DNA of 64,000 bases from Lama guanicoe (taxonomy: Eukaryota). The position numbers and the translations under genes are program-made. The notes beneath the pieces are model-generated. The model was not told the DNA's origin. It worked only from the letters and a program-made list of their open reading frames with translations, and did not search any database. The stretch covers positions 2,829,168 to 2,893,167 of the forward strand of contig MU053482.1 in NCBI GenBank assembly GCA_013239625.1. The letters are read 5' to 3'. Shown piece after piece: positions 25,200 through 39,165 of this stretch. Position 1 is the first letter of the stretch. Each line of letters begins with the position of its first letter.

Positions 25200-26415
25200 T
25201 CCAACTCTGTTGATTGTTTTTTTGTGTGTGTGCAGAAGTTTTTGAGTTTGATATAGTTTTGTTTGTCTATTTTTGCTTTTGTTGCCTGTGGTTTTAGTAT
25301 TATTTCCAAGGAATCATTGCCCATTCCAGTGTTATGAAGCTTTCCCCCTATATTTTCTTCTAGGAGTTTTATACGTTCAAGTCTTACATTTAGATGTTTT
25401 CTCCACTTTTACTTAATTTTTGGTGTATGTTGTAAGTAAGGGTCCATCTTCATTCTATTGCATGTGGATATTCAATTTTCTCAATATCATTTGTTGAAGA
25501 TATTCTCCTTTCCTCATTGTGTGGTCTTGGCATTAAAGATCATTTGATGATATATGTGAAGGTTTATTTCTGGGCTCTCTATTCTGTTTTACTGGTCTAT
25601 ATATCTGTCGTTATGCCAGTACTATACTGTTTTTGATTACTGTAGCTTTGTAATAGGTTTTGAAATCAGGAAGTGTAAGGCTTCCAGCTTTGTTCTTCCC
25701 AAGATTGTTTTGACTACTCATTGACCTTTGAGATTCCATAACGAACTTTAAGATGATGTTTTCTGTTTCTGCAACAACAGCAAAAAAAGCCATTGGGATT
25801 TTCACAGGGATTGCATTGAATCTGTAAATTGCCTTGGGTAGTATGGACATTTTAATAATTTTAAGTCTTCCAGCCCATGAACATAGGATGTCTTTCAATT
25901 TATTTGTGTCATCCTTAATTTCTTTCAGTAATGTTTTATAGTTTTCAATGTCTAAGTCGTTTGCCTCCATGGTTAAGGTTATTCCTGAGTATTTTATTCT
26001 TTTTGATGTTACTGCAAATGGAATTGTTTTCTTTATTTTCTTTTCAGATTGTAATTGTTAGTGTGTAGAAGCACAAGTGATTTTTCAGTATTGATTTTAT
26101 ATTCTGTAACTTTGCTGATTTGTGTATCAGTTCTAACAGGTTTTTTGTTTGTTTTTATTTTCGTGGAATCTCTTGAGTTTTCTACTTGAGAAAGAGTGTC
26201 TTATCTTCAAACAGATCATTTTACTTCTTTCTTTTCAATTCAAATCTTTTTATTTATTTTTCTTGCCTACATGCTCTGGCTGGGACTTTGAGAACTGTGT
26301 TGAATATAAGTGTCTAGAGTGGGCATCCTTGCCTTGTTCCTCATCTTAAAGGAAAAGCTTTCAGTTTTTCGTCATTGAGACTGATGTTAGCTGTGAGCTT
26401 TTCATATATGATCTG
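25200..26415 (-). mobile_element. Older, frameshifted L1 ORF2 fragment
   Basis: ORF pieces [16 protein letters not shown]...[13 protein letters not shown] and QATKAKIDK...IKLKNFCT are L1 ORF2. Confidence 0.88.
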
Positions 26416-26619
26416 ATTTTGTACTTTTTAAATGCCATCATTTAATACATTTTTACCTTTGAGCACGATTAAACTAAAGAATTAGTAGATTAGATTGTAG
26501 AGAAGGAACGAGCTAAACAGACAACTTATTAAAATTAAGTATGATACAGTGAACTTGAATCAAAAAGCCACTACTTATTTCCTGGGAAGATGAATTTCTC
26601 TCTTTAGCATTTGGCACTG

Positions 26620-27446
26620 CAGTAGTTCCCCTTTATCTGCAGTTTCCTCATTTTCAGTTACCTGTGGTCAACTGTGGTCTGAAAATATTAAATCAAAAAT
26701 TCCAGAAATAAAGAATTCATAAGTTTTAAATTGTGTGAGTAGTATGTTCTGAGTAGTATGATGAAATCTCACACCTTCCTGCTCCATCCTGGAGGATGTG
26801 AATCTTCCCTTTGTCCAGTGTTTCACACCCATTAGTCACTTTATAGCTGTCTGGGTTATCAGATCGACTGTTGTGGTATTGCAGTGTTAGTGTGCAAGTA
26901 ACTCTTATTTTACTTAAAAATGGCCCCAGATCACAAGAATAGTGATGCTGGCAATTCGAACAGGCTAAAGAGAAGCCATAAAGTGCTTCCTTAAAGTGAA
27001 AAGTTGAAAATTCTCAATAAGGAAAGAAAAAAATTGTATGCTGAGGTTGCTAAGATCTATTGATAAGAACGAATCGTCTATCTGTGAAATTGTGAAGAAG
27101 GAACAAGAAATTTTGCTTGTTTTTGCTGTTGTACCTCAAACTGCAAAGTTATGGTCACAGTGCATGAGTACCTAAAGATGGAAGAGGCATTACGTTTGTA
27201 CAATAAGATATTTTGAGAGGCCACATTCACCTCCCTTTTATTACAGTCTATTGTTTACAATTGTTCTACTTTATTATTAATTATTGTTGTTAATCTCTTA
27301 CTGTGCCTAATTTATAGATTAAACTTTATCATAGATATGTATGCTTGGCAAAAACACGTATATGTAGGTTTCAGTACTACCTGCGGTTTTAGGCGTTTAC
27401 TGGGGGATCTTGGAACATATCCCCATGGATGACGGGAGTACTCCTG
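26620..27446 (+). mobile_element. MER44/Tigger7-type TcMar-Tigger DNA transposon derivative
   Basis: Left TIR cagtagttcccctttatc, degenerate right TIR ggatgacgggagtactcctg; internal transposase 5' remnant (aagagaagccataaagtgcttcc). Confidence 0.8.
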
Positions 27447-28344
27447 GATTGATCAGATCTTCCTCTTATTGTTTCCTTGCTCAGTTTTCATGTCTTCGTG
27501 GTTCTCCTACCACTCTGACTGTTCCTTCAGTCATCGTAATTCCTCTTCCTCCTCTCGTTTTGTAAATGTGTGAATCCCTTGGGGTTCTGTTTGGAGAAAA
27601 AGAACCTCTTTTCTCACTTTGTGTTTTCTTTCAATGATCTCATTGACCATCATGGCTTCTGTCATTATCAGCATGCAGTTGGTTCACAAACCTGCCTCTC
27701 CTCTTAGGTTACAGTTCCTTCTTTGGTTCTCTTTGGACATCTACATCTAAATGTCTTACTGGAACTTGAAGATTCCCGTAATTAAACATAATTATCTTTC
27801 TTTCTACCCTTCTTTTGTCCTCTTCATCCTCTGTCTCTTCCCAAATGTGGTTGGTGTGCTGCTCCTGCCATGCCTTTGCTCATGTCATTTCCTTTCCTGT
27901 CCTTGGGAATACCTTTCCTTGTACTCTTCAGTATACTTCAAGGTCAGCCTCAAATATCTTTTCTGCAAAGTTCTAACCTCGGGTGCAGATGACCTGCTTG
28001 TTCTTTGCTCTAAAATTGGGGGTTTCGTACAGGCTGTTTCTTAAATTATAAAGCTCTTCATCATTTTTGTCTGTGTTTGCTTTTCTAGCCATGTATCTAG
28101 CCACTCCCCCTCAGGAAATCTCTAATTCACCACATAATCCACATAGAATCACTTCTTGTTCCTCAGGACAGGGCTGTATGCTTTCATGCACATGTCATTT
28201 CCCCTGGGTGGCATATCTTCCACTTAGTGCTTTTTAGGGGTGTGAGTGGATTGAGTTGATGGTGGTGATCTTTGAAACTAGTCCTGTAGAGATGACTTCC
28301 ATCACATAGGTAGTTGTCCTCCATGTAAGTTCTACAGGCAGTTT

Positions 28345-28560
28345 GGCATAGTGGAAAGAGACAGAATTTGAGCTGTGATTTAAAGCCTGGTTTTGATATT
28401 TACTAGCTATGTAAACTTTGGTACTCAGTGTTTCTGAACCTCTATTTCCTGATCTGTAAAATAGGGACAGTATTTAACCTTATGGGGCCAATACAAAGTT
28501 TAAATGAGAAACTGCATATAAAATGCCAAGCATATGCTAAGTCCCCAATAAATGTTGTTA
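28345..28560 (+). mobile_element. MIR SINE
   Basis: tttactagctatgtaaactttgg...tttcctgatctgtaaaataggga. Confidence 0.6.
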
Positions 28561-29049
28561 AAGGAAAAAAGAAATGAAAAGAAAACGAAAAAGAGAAGCA
28601 GCAGCTGTTACTTTCTCTTCGCAAGATCATTTGTGTACGATGGGGACTTGGGAAAAGGTGTCAGACTGAGACAGGGTGCAGAAGGCAGAGCACAAAGGAT
28701 ATCTTCCTACTCCTGGGGAAGTAGGTTTGCCCACCACAAGTTCTAGCTAGAGAATAAGAGAAATTTCCTCCTGCAGTCAACTAGTGACGTCTTCCTTATG
28801 CTCACACAGTACTTTGTTCATCTCTTTTAAAAAAGAAATGCTTTGCTCATATTGTCTGTCCTGTCACCCACTCTGCCTTCTCCTGTATATTTTCCATATT
28901 GTCCCCAATATGGTGTTTAATTGCAGATTGTATATGTTGCTCCCTTCCACTCTTTCAGTACAGATAAATCCTGACTCCTTAACAAGAATTATAAGGCTCT
29001 TCATGATCTGGTCTTCACCTCCCTTTCTAGCCTAGTTTTTCACTGTGCC

Positions 29050-29522
29050 CTGTGCAGTGGGCATTTGATATTGTTTGTCCATTATCTGAACTCCTTTCAT
29101 ATATCTGGGAAATTCCACAGCATCATGGTGGAAGACAGGACCTGCCTTACATCTTAGATATCGAGAAGTTTAGATACTCATTTCCCCTGCTCCCTGGCAG
29201 CTAGGGCATAGGAATGTGACCCAGTCCCAGCCAGTGAGACTTTGAATCTGCAGAGAGTGACGCAGAGGATCAAGTAAAGGGTCAGTGGCAACAGTGATGG
29301 CCTCATGTTATATTGGCAGTGATGTCTCCACCTGCTATTCCTATGAGTAGTTTCAACTGTGGTTCTGTGTAGCCTTGATTGGTAACGACTTAGAGCCTAG
29401 ATTTTTCCCTTGTTTTGGATCTTCGAGGTTATCCATTGCTTTGCCAATAAACTCCTTATTTGTTTAAAGGAACTCAAGATAGTGTCTATTATTTGCATTT
29501 ATAAAGAGCCTTGACTCACACA
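29050..29522 (+). mobile_element. LTR33/LTR16-like ERVL solo LTR
   Basis: ctccctggcagctagggcataggaatgtgaccca...aataaactcc...gccttgactcaca. Confidence 0.55.
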
Positions 29523-30505
29523 ACCCTCTGGTATAATCTTCCTGCGGTCCTTCTAGATTGACCATGGTCGTCTCTGCCTCTGGGCTTTCTCACGTTGTGT
29601 TCTACCTGAAAAGTTCTTTACCCTATTCTCAAACTGTCTGAGTCTTGATGGTCCTTCAGCGACTCAGCTCTGATGTGTCACTTTTTCTGTAAATCTTAAT
29701 TCTTAAGATTGGGTTGGCTTCTCAGTTCCCACAGAAACCTCTGCTTACCTCTGTTATAATACTTAGCACACTCTGTTGTAATTGCCTTGACATTCCTTGG
29801 AGATATGGGCTAGTAATATCTTTGCATTGTCCCTGGCAGATAATAATTACTATCTAAATTTTATCTGTTGAGTGAATGAAAAACTATTGGATTATACACT
29901 GTGTTATATTAAAATTTGTCTATTTGCATGTCTGTTTTTCCTAATAAACTGTGAATGTTTTAAGAGCAGGGACCAAGTTCTTCATGTTATATCCTTAATT
30001 TGTAGCACGATATTTGGCTCATAGTAGACGCTGAGGGAAAGTTGAATGCATGATTGAATGACTAAGTGGCAGGGCTGTCTTTTTAGAATTTCAATTAAAC
30101 AGTTTTTCCCAAAAGAAAATATCTTCTTTGATCATATAGGTAAAGATGAGCTATCTGCACATGGCTCATATTAAGCAATTGACATTCTCAACTCCTTTGT
30201 GCCAGAATTGGTAGTCTAGTTAGAAGATAATGTGTACACATGAAAGAATAACTATTTGACAAGCCAAATTTTTTATGTGCCAAGTGAGTGATATACAGAT
30301 ATTGCTTCAGTGTCAGGCTAAATATAACATTCTTAACTGAGCCTTCGAAAGTGTGGTACCTAAGCAACTACTTAGGAAATGGTTGTTGGTTAATTGGATT
30401 TGTTAAAATGGAAGCCTGTAGTAGGCTGTGTCTTTCTGTTTTACTTGGTTTATATACTGCTTATTCTGGACTGGTTCATTGGAACTTTTCCTCATTCCTT
30501 TTTAG

Positions 30506-30679
30506 GTCCAAGACAACTTTGACAAGATTGAATTCAATAGGATGTGTTGGACCCTCTGTGTCAAAAAAAACCTCACAAAGAGTCCCCTGCTCATTACAGA
30601 AGAAGATGCATTTAAAGTATGGGTTATCTTCAACTTTTTATCTGAGGACAAGTATCCATTAATTATTGTGCCAGAAGAG
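30506..30679 (+). CDS. SWAP70: SWAP70 exon 3 (174 nt, phase 0-0; [23 protein letters not shown]...YPLIIVPEE)
   Basis: Acceptor ttcctttttag, donor GAG|gtaagg; overlaps ORF 30542..30727. Confidence 0.97.
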
Positions 30680-31459
30680 GTAAGGTGTGGCTCTTCGAAG
30701 TTCTTACATGGCCGTCTTAGCATTTAATAAATCTGACTTGGAAGTATTTGTGTTAGTTCGGTGTAACTATGGAAGGAGATCCTATACTAGTGTTTTTGGA
30801 TCAGAGGCAAAAAAGCTTGAATCCAAAAACGTCCAAAATTTAGTCATTTGGAGTCATGCAATACCCTTGCAGACAGTGTGAGACTCTTCCTTTGTAAAGT
30901 GCTGTACTTATAGATGAATCCATCCTCATGTTTAAAGAGTCTTTATTCAGTACAAGTCACAACATAATTTTCTCTCTAGTTATGTATTGTCAAAACCCTA
31001 AGAACTGGCCAAGTGATGCTATATGGGAAACACGTAGGATCCAGAATGTGGTTCCCAAGGCTGATTTATGTGAGGAAATATTCTTCTTGTTTCAAAGTCA
31101 AGGATGGAAACTTTTTAAACTATTCTTTCCAAAGTAAATGTAAAAGACATTTGCTTGTTTTGTTCTGGGTTATTTTCCCTGAGCTTCCAAAGTGGGGGAA
31201 AAAATACAAGAGTAAGGTTTCTGTGCTATCTTACTGCCCTAAAAAATGATGCAAGTAATACATGCTTATTACAGTAGCAAATTTAGAAAAGACTAAGAAT
31301 ATGCAGATTAATTGGCTGTGGTCCTCCCCTTAAAAAAACCATCTGTAATCTTCTAACCTTGGACAACTTATTTAACCTCTTGAGTTTTAATTTCCTCATG
31401 TATAAAATAGGGCTCATAACAGTGTTTAAGGTTTGGGAGGTGCTGCATTTAAAGGACTG

Positions 31460-31805
31460 AGTAAGTGAAATAAGTCAGACAGAGAAAGGTGAATACTGTA
31501 TGATTTCACTCATATATATAAAGAAACAAATAAAATAATTGAACAAACCAAACAAAAATAAACACGTAGATACAGAGAACAGAGCAGTGGTTATCAGAAG
31601 GGAAGTGGGGGTGGGGCAGGTGAAATAGGTAAAGAGGGTCAAATGTAAGGTGAAGGATGGAAACTTCACTTTTGGTGGTAAGTACACTGTAGTGTATACG
31701 GAGATAGAAATACAGTGTTGAATACATGAAACTTATTTAGTGTTATAAACCAATGTGTTACCTCAATCAAAAATAAATCTAAAATTAAAAAAATAATAGT
31801 TAAAT
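31460..31805 (+). mobile_element. L1 3' end with A-rich tail
   Basis: taagtgaaataagtcagacagagaaaggtgaatactgtatgatttcactcata...ttataaaccaatg. Confidence 0.75.
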
Positions 31806-32479
31806 AAAATTGTGACTAGGGGAAAAAATAAAGGCCCTAGCTCAGTGCCTGGCATAGAGTATGTATTCAGTAAATACTGTAGTACGTATGTATTCTACTG
31901 TAAAATCTAATGTAGACTAGTATTATTGCATACATTTTTGCACACTAGTCTGCTTATTTCCATAGGATAAATTTCCAGCAATGGAATTCTGAGTCCTAGG
32001 AAACGTACACTTTCAAGGTATTAGATGAACGGGGCAGAATCGCCCTTCAGAAAGCCTGTACCAATTTATACACCTACCAGCAGTGATTGAGGGTGCCCGT
32101 TATTACCCATGCTGCCAATATGGAGTCTGGTTTGTGATTTATTTCTATGATTCACCTTCATGTTAGGAAAATCTGTTTAAAAGTTCACATTGCAGTCTTT
32201 TATTTCAAATCAGCAAGCGTTTTTCAATTCCCAACAATAAACGAGGCAACAAGAGGAATACAAAGTGAAAAAGATGACTTCCTGCCTTCAAGGTATTTGC
32301 AGTCAGCTCAAGGAGGAAAAAAAATCAAGTGTAATTCAAAATGAAATAGACTACCTGTTATAAGAGAGATGCAAATGCCATGCAAATGCAGAAAAGGGAA
32401 AGATTTATTCCAGCTTGCAGGAAGTCAGGGATTGGGAAGGCTTTTTAAGAGAGGCAATATAATGAATGTAGCGGTTAAA

Positions 32480-32800
32480 AGCAAGGTCTTAAACTTTTCC
32501 AGGAAAGGACCAGACAGTAAATACTGGAGGTTTTGTGGGCTTTCTAGGCCGTATTCTGTCTGTTATGGCTACTCAACTCTGCTGTTCATAGTGTGAAAGC
32601 AGCCGCAGACTATACGTTGCTGTACTTTAATAAAACTTTTATTTATGGATATTGAAATTTGAATTTCGTATAATTTTCAAGGACCATATAGTATTATTGT
32701 TTTAATTCCCACCCCGCCTCCCCAACCACTTAAAAAATGTAAAAACTGCTTAGAACATGGGTGTGTGAAAACAGGCTGAGAGCCAGGTTTGGCTGCTAGG
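32480..32800 (+). mobile_element. MER58B-like hAT-Charlie MITE
   Basis: aaacttttcc..aaggaccagacagtaaata...ctactcaactctgc...aataaaacttttatttatgga. Confidence 0.7.
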
Positions 32801-32834
32801 GTAGATATGACTCGTGGATTATGATTTGGTGTTA

Positions 32835-33060
32835 CCTGGTTAAGAGCAGTGGTCTGGAGTCAGATTTCTTGGATTTGAATTCTGACTCCATCACTGTGGA
32901 CTAGTTGTGTGACCTTGGGCAAATTGCTGAATTAGTTTTTGCTGCAGTTTCCTCAACTATAAAATAAAGCTAATGCTAGTATCTACCTCCTACTGTTTTT
33001 TGCAAAGATCAGATGAGAAGAATGCCTGGCCCTTAGAAAGTATACATCAAGTATTAGCTA
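32835..33060 (+). mobile_element. MIR SINE
   Basis: ggttaagagca..tctggagtcaga...tgtgaccttgggcaaatt...cagtttcctca. Confidence 0.7.
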
Positions 33061-33764
33061 TTATGTTTATGGGGAAAGTGGAACTTACACTGGGCCTTAA
33101 GAGATGGGAAGAATTTTGACTAGTAGAGAAGGCAGAGGAGAAGAGTTCTGAATGGAAGGAGCAGTGGGCAAGGTTATGTGAAGCAGGAAGACAAAGGGCA
33201 TGTCTGAGATCTGTTTGAGGTATCCAGCTTGACTGAGTTGCCAGTCTTGCAAACAACCAGACTGGCTGACATAAGCCAAAAAGAATTTTTAAAAAGGATG
33301 TGAGGTAGCTTCCATAATGGCTATAAAGGCTGAAAACCAGGTATGGAGGCTCTGCAGTCTGAAACTGTGCTGGTCACTCAGGTGAGGGACTGCGGGGAAG
33401 GTGGGTATTGCACTTGTACCGTGGAACACCCGTGGCCCTGCACGTGGGGTGCTGCCCAGGAACTCAGATCTTCCCGCAACCGTTCTTGCTGCCACAGAGG
33501 TTTCTGGGCCCACCTCCCAGTGTACAGGCAGGGCATGATGCATCTCATTGTTATGGCCTGGGTCAGGTACTGTGAGCTAGCTACAGAGGAGGCCTGGAAA
33601 GAGTCTGTTTGCATTTTTAGCTTCTGCATTGAGAATTCCCCAGACATAAGAAAGGGGTTCATTGCTGAGCAGTCAAGAAGGATGATACATGTCCTTTCTA
33701 ACTAGAGTGTGCTGGCCGTGGGGAGATAGTAGACAAGTCTAGGCAACTTCAGGTCTGGGAGATA

Positions 33765-33980
33765 ATATAGTGTAGTTGTTTAAAGCATGGTCTTTGAAAT
33801 CAGACAGCCTGGTTTAAATACGGACTCAACTACTTTTTAGCTGGGTGACCTTGAACAGATTAATCTGTTTGGGTTCCCTGACCTGTAAAACGGGAATAAC
33901 TGCTTTCTTCTTTGGACTCTTATGAGGACTAAAATAGTTGATGTATGTCAAGCATTTACCACAATAAGTGCTCACTCAGT
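33765..33980 (+). mobile_element. MIR SINE
   Basis: tagtgtagttgtttaaagcatgg...ctgggtgaccttgaaca...ctgtaaaacgggaataa. Confidence 0.65.
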
Positions 33981-36900
33981 CGAGGCTGGGGGGAGGTATG
34001 TATGAATGAATGGCGGGGTGATGAACAAATTAGGGATATAATGTATGACAATGGGCTTGGTACATTTGGCATTTTGAGAGGAACATTCTTGTGGATCTGT
34101 CCTGTTTCGATTGGAAGAGCACGTTTAGAGCTTGTGAGAGGCTAGCCTGGAGCTAGAGACAGGGAAGCCAAGGGAGTAGGTTAGATCAGGGAGGAAGAAA
34201 CGGTCGTGGGAGAAGTGAGGGTCAAGGACAGAACCTCCAGGCCCCTTTCTGTAGCAGGGGAGGAAGTCGACTTGGTAAAGGAAGCTGAATTAGATAGCCT
34301 GAGAGGCAGGAGGAGAACTGGGAGAGTGTTGAGTCACAGGCGGCAAAGACAGGAGAAGTTCTAAGCAGCAGAAAGGTAGTTACTGGCATTAGATGCTACT
34401 GAAAAATTGGAGGGTGATAAGTGAGAAGTTGCCCTTGGATTGAACAATTGGATGGTCATTGGTAATCAAGGAAAAGGCAGTTTCACTGTGGTGGTGGGAA
34501 CAGTTTCTTAGTGCTTAGTAACAATTATGATGTAATGGTGCACATGTGTTAAATGGGCAGTAAAAACTAAAACATGCTATGGAATTTTTGTCCACAAAAA
34601 TTGTCTAGTTTAATACAGAGACATAGAGAAGGGAATGGGATATAGATAGGTGTAGAAAACAATATACTGATGGTATTTTTAAAAACCTAGCTGCTGCTTG
34701 TAAGAATTATGCTGATTAAATCTCTAGTATCGTCTTTTAAGATGTTTTGTAGTGACACTTAACGTGTTCTAAATTTATTTGTATTTTCTGTGGAACTAGA
34801 GATGGGATGGGTCTCTTACCTGTGATCTTTTGGTTCTCTCCATCACTAAAATATTCATGATAGACTTGAAAGTGACCTTGTCCCGATTTAAGAATTAGAA
34901 ATTAGTAGGGAGACTTACCTTATTCCTCGAAGCAGCTCTTCCTTGATGTGGAGGACTCGTCGTTGGCTTTAAACCATCACTGAGTCCCAGGCTGTGGGGG
35001 AGTCAGTCAACACCAGCTTCCTGACTGCTCTGCCTAAGACGCTCAAAAGATTTCTGCTTTAGGGGGCTCGAAAAACTGGGACCCACATGAGCCTTGATGT
35101 GGGCTGTGACTTTATTTTTCTGCATCCAGAGCCTGTCCAAGACTCCACAGCTTGCTTGCCTTCATCTTCGCTGGCTCACAGGAATGTCTTGGTCCTCTTT
35201 CTAGACAAATTAATCTCGTTTGAGAAGGGAACAGCCTCTTTTTGTCTTGTTAGGGTAGTCAGGCAGCATACCTTGTCATGTCATTGTTTGGACTTACTCT
35301 GTTGTTTTGATGTCCTAAACTCGCTCAGCATTTCTTCTGGATAGAAGTAGAATTAGAGTTAGTTTTACAGATGATTCCTCCAGGAGTACTTGTGTGGGGA
35401 AAGAAGGGGTCATTAAAACAGATTCATGTGGAATTGCTTTGTCTGGCTGCTGAACCAGCCTCCTATGCTTTAAAATACGACCTTGTATTTATTGAGCTCT
35501 TAGCACATCTCCTGGCTTTTGTTCAAGCCCTGCAAAGTTAAAGTTGCACATTTTATGAAAAACACTAGAGTCATAATATTTCCTAGGGCATCCATTTTCT
35601 GTTAGGTTTTGCTTCCTTCCTAAGTTCTTTAATAGCATTTAAAATAAATTTTGAACTAGTTTTGGACTTAACAGATTTTAGTAAAATTTAGTATGAAAAC
35701 AGATACATTTAAAAAAATTTTTGAAGCATAATGTTTTAATTTGTCATGAATGTATATATGAGTCCGATTTGTAATATTTCCAACAGTTTTTAGGCTTTAT
35801 AAACTTAAGATAATTTTTATGTTTCCAATAAATCATCTACCATAGTGATCATTTTCCTTTTGATTAAGTCTAGAATGTTTTTAGGTAAGATTTTATTCTC
35901 CAGCTTTAATTAATACTATATAAGATATAAGTAACAGTGGTAGTTTTGTGAATAACATAAATGGTATAAGTAAGTTTGCTTTTGACTCAGTTTCCCATCA
36001 CTCAGAAGGTAGTGTCAAGAATGCTGAATAAATATTTAAGCGACTTACCACACGAATGTCAGGAAATGGTATTTCCCCATTTGAGATGGTTTAGTAATTT
36101 TTGTCAAATGATATTCCTGGAAATGTGTCTGTAAATTACAGTTTTTACATTAGTATTCATTTCCCACAGAGCCAAGAACAAAACAGGATGTGTCTGTTGC
36201 TTATTTGGAAGAATTGCCTTCATTCAATTAAATATCAAACCTGAAAAAGTTTTAAGAGAACCTCAGTGAAATAAAATGTGAATTGTTGTTAAGTCAGTAA
36301 AGGCCCTATTTAAGCATTACAGGGAAAGAACTTTTAACAAAATAAATTTTAGAACCAGAGGCCTCAAAAATCACATGCAGCTTGAAAGTTTATTCTTTGT
36401 TATTTTTGGTGCAACTTGCCCTGGAAGGAGGAAGTAAGCTGCTTCCTGAAACTGAATAAGCTCTTAGAATTGATGCAGCCACTCAGACTAACACAGCAGC
36501 ACGTGATGTATTATTTAGTATAACTGAATAGTTGAGAATGGGAATGTTTGTCTCTCCTTGGCCCAGTATAATGAATTAAGAGGTCTTTAAGTTATTTGGT
36601 TATGATAAGTATATGATTGTGTTAAAAGTCAACAGGAAATGAATCTAGATTAGTTGCCTGGCACAGTCACCGGGAATGCTGAGCAGATGCTGATGACCAG
36701 CTCCGAAGTGTTGGGGAGGGAACCTTCAGAAAGGTTCAAGATGAACCAGGAAGCTGCCTCTAGAGCTGAGTTTGCTGCTAACAGGAAGCACTGTAGTAGA
36801 CCATCCAGTATACAAGAAGAATGGCAGCTCCGAGTGTGGGGGGCGTGGGTTCATTCGCCGTGGTAGGTGAGGAAGAACCAAGGCTATCCCTGACTCGCAG

Positions 36901-38154
36901 TGTGGATGGTCAGTCTGACGCACCATCTTCTCACGCCCGCTTTTTGTCATCCTGTCCATACATGTGGTCACACCGATGGCCTGCACAACCTTTATCCCGA
37001 GTTGTGATCAGGCAGCATGGGCCCCTCTTTTTGCTGCATTGGGGGATTGAACTTCTGTTTCTATTAGTGCCTCTAAGTTATTTTACTTCAGTCAATTATT
37101 TATATAATTGACTTTCTTTTTCTCTCTTGTCTCTTATTGCCTATAATCTTTTTTCCTTCTCCTTTCTGTCCTGTTCTCTCCTTCCTTCTTCCCATTCTCC
37201 TCTTCTCCTTAACCCTTTCCTTTTTCTCTTTTCTGCTGTCTGTCTCTGTTACTTCTGTTTAAAAGCCAAGAAAATTATATCTGATAAGCTTAACAGCAGA
37301 TGATACATCTCCAAGAGAAAAGAAAGACCTATGTGTGTTTTTCTCCAGCAAGTAAACATTTGTTGAACACCTACTGTATGCTAGATTTAGGGTATTAGAT
37401 AATCTCTATGCTAGAGAAGTTTATAATATCTCATCAGATTGCATCGATAGATCTCTTGACATTTTTTTGACCTTGTGATATTTTGTGAATGTACATTTCT
37501 TTGCAAACATGTTTTTCCTATTGTTGGCATTTTTCTCTGTTAAGGTATGTTATTTCACAAGCAACATTATAAGCAAATTATTGGAAGCGCAAAAGAGAGG
37601 AAGAAAAAAATTCACAATCCTATCTGTAACAAATTAGACTTACTGTTTGTGTGTTTTCCTCTAGTGTTTGTCAAAATATTCACATAATTTTTATGCATTA
37701 GAAGTCATAGGTAGATTTATTTTTGTGTTCTTCTTCACTTCGTTATTTCATAAATGCTTTCTAAAATGGTTGAATAATATTCCACTCAGTACAGAAGGAA
37801 GTAACATTGATGGAGTACTTACTATGCCAGACATTGTACACATTGTTCTGTATTTGTCTCATTTTATCCCTGTAGTAGTTCTATATGGTGAATGGTGTTA
37901 TGCCCATTTCATAAATGAGAAAATCCAGGCTTAGTTTATTTTCCTTTCATTAATTGAGCTCTACTATATTCTATGTACAATGCTGAATTCTGGAGATTCA
38001 AAGATGAGTGGGACATTGTCTGTCCTATAAGGAATTCAACAAATCAACGGGGTGGGGGTGGGCAGCAAATCAGTATAGAGATGATTCAATATAGTATGCT
38101 GGGTGCAGTGACATAGAAGAGGGACACCTGATCTGGGTCAGAGCAGTTTTTACC

Positions 38155-38290
38155 AGAGCAGCACTTCTCAAACTTTAATGTGCATGTGGAAGTACCTGGG
38201 ATTCTTGTGCAGATTCTGGTATTTGGGTGTTTGGTGGGGTGTGACAGTCTTCATTTCCAACAGGCTTCCAGGTGCTGCTGGGGCACATTT
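38155..38290. mobile_element. MER5A-like hAT-Charlie fragment
   Basis: cagcacttctcaaactttaatgtgcat...catttccaacaggcttccaggtgctgctg. Confidence 0.6.
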
Positions 38291-39074
38291 GGGATTGTTT
38301 GGGAATATTCCAGATGGTGTAGGAGTTGAACAGATACTAGTTAGCCAGGAAGAGAAATGAGGAGAGGTAATCTAGACAGAAAGGACAGTTTGCAGAAAGG
38401 TGTAGAAGCATGAAGAAGTGAGTTAAGTGGGTGAACTACTTATAATCTGTAGCAAGTGTTGGCAGACTACAACTTGCTGGCTGAATTCAGCTTGTTTTTG
38501 TATAGCTCATGTATTAAGAATAGTTTTACATTTTTAAAGGGTTGTTTTTTTAAAAAAACCAAACAAATAAAACATATACCAGAAGTGTATAAAGTCTTAA
38601 ATATTTCCTCACCAGCCCTTTTGAGAACACACTTGGGATCTGTGGTGAAGGTGGTGCTGGTGGACTGTAAAATCTGCAGCGGGGCATGGCGGAAAACATC
38701 TTAGTAGACAGGGGCATGATCAGCAGGGGACGCAGAGGAGCTTGGCCTTTATCTTTGAGGTGATAGAGAGCCAGGGCAGGGGAAGTAAAGAGGGGAGTAA
38801 AAGAGGGGAAGTAAAAACAGTAGGATTTTATCACTGATTTGATGTAAGGGAGTGGGAAAAGGATCCTGGCACGGGTGAATGGTGTTGCTCCCAACGGAAA
38901 TCAGTGGGAGGAGAATCTCTTCGGAAGGTAGAGGTGGTTCATTCAGTTTTTGGACGTGTTGAGTTTGGGCACTGCAGGATACCCAGGTCTTCCAGAAGGT
39001 AAGAGAGATCAATTTCTCATTCAGTATGACTGCTTCACTGTCTTGTTTAGCCGTTACTATTTTAGAACTTTTAA

Positions 39075-39165
39075 AAAAATTGAACTATAGTTAATGTATA
39101 ATGTGTTAGTTTCTGGTGTACAGCATAGTGATTCAGTTATACATATATATATATTCTTTTCATAT
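39075..39165 (-). mobile_element. Short L1 3'-end fragment
   Basis: ttgaactatagttaatgtataatgtgttagtttctggtgtacagcatagtgattcagttatacata. Confidence 0.6.
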
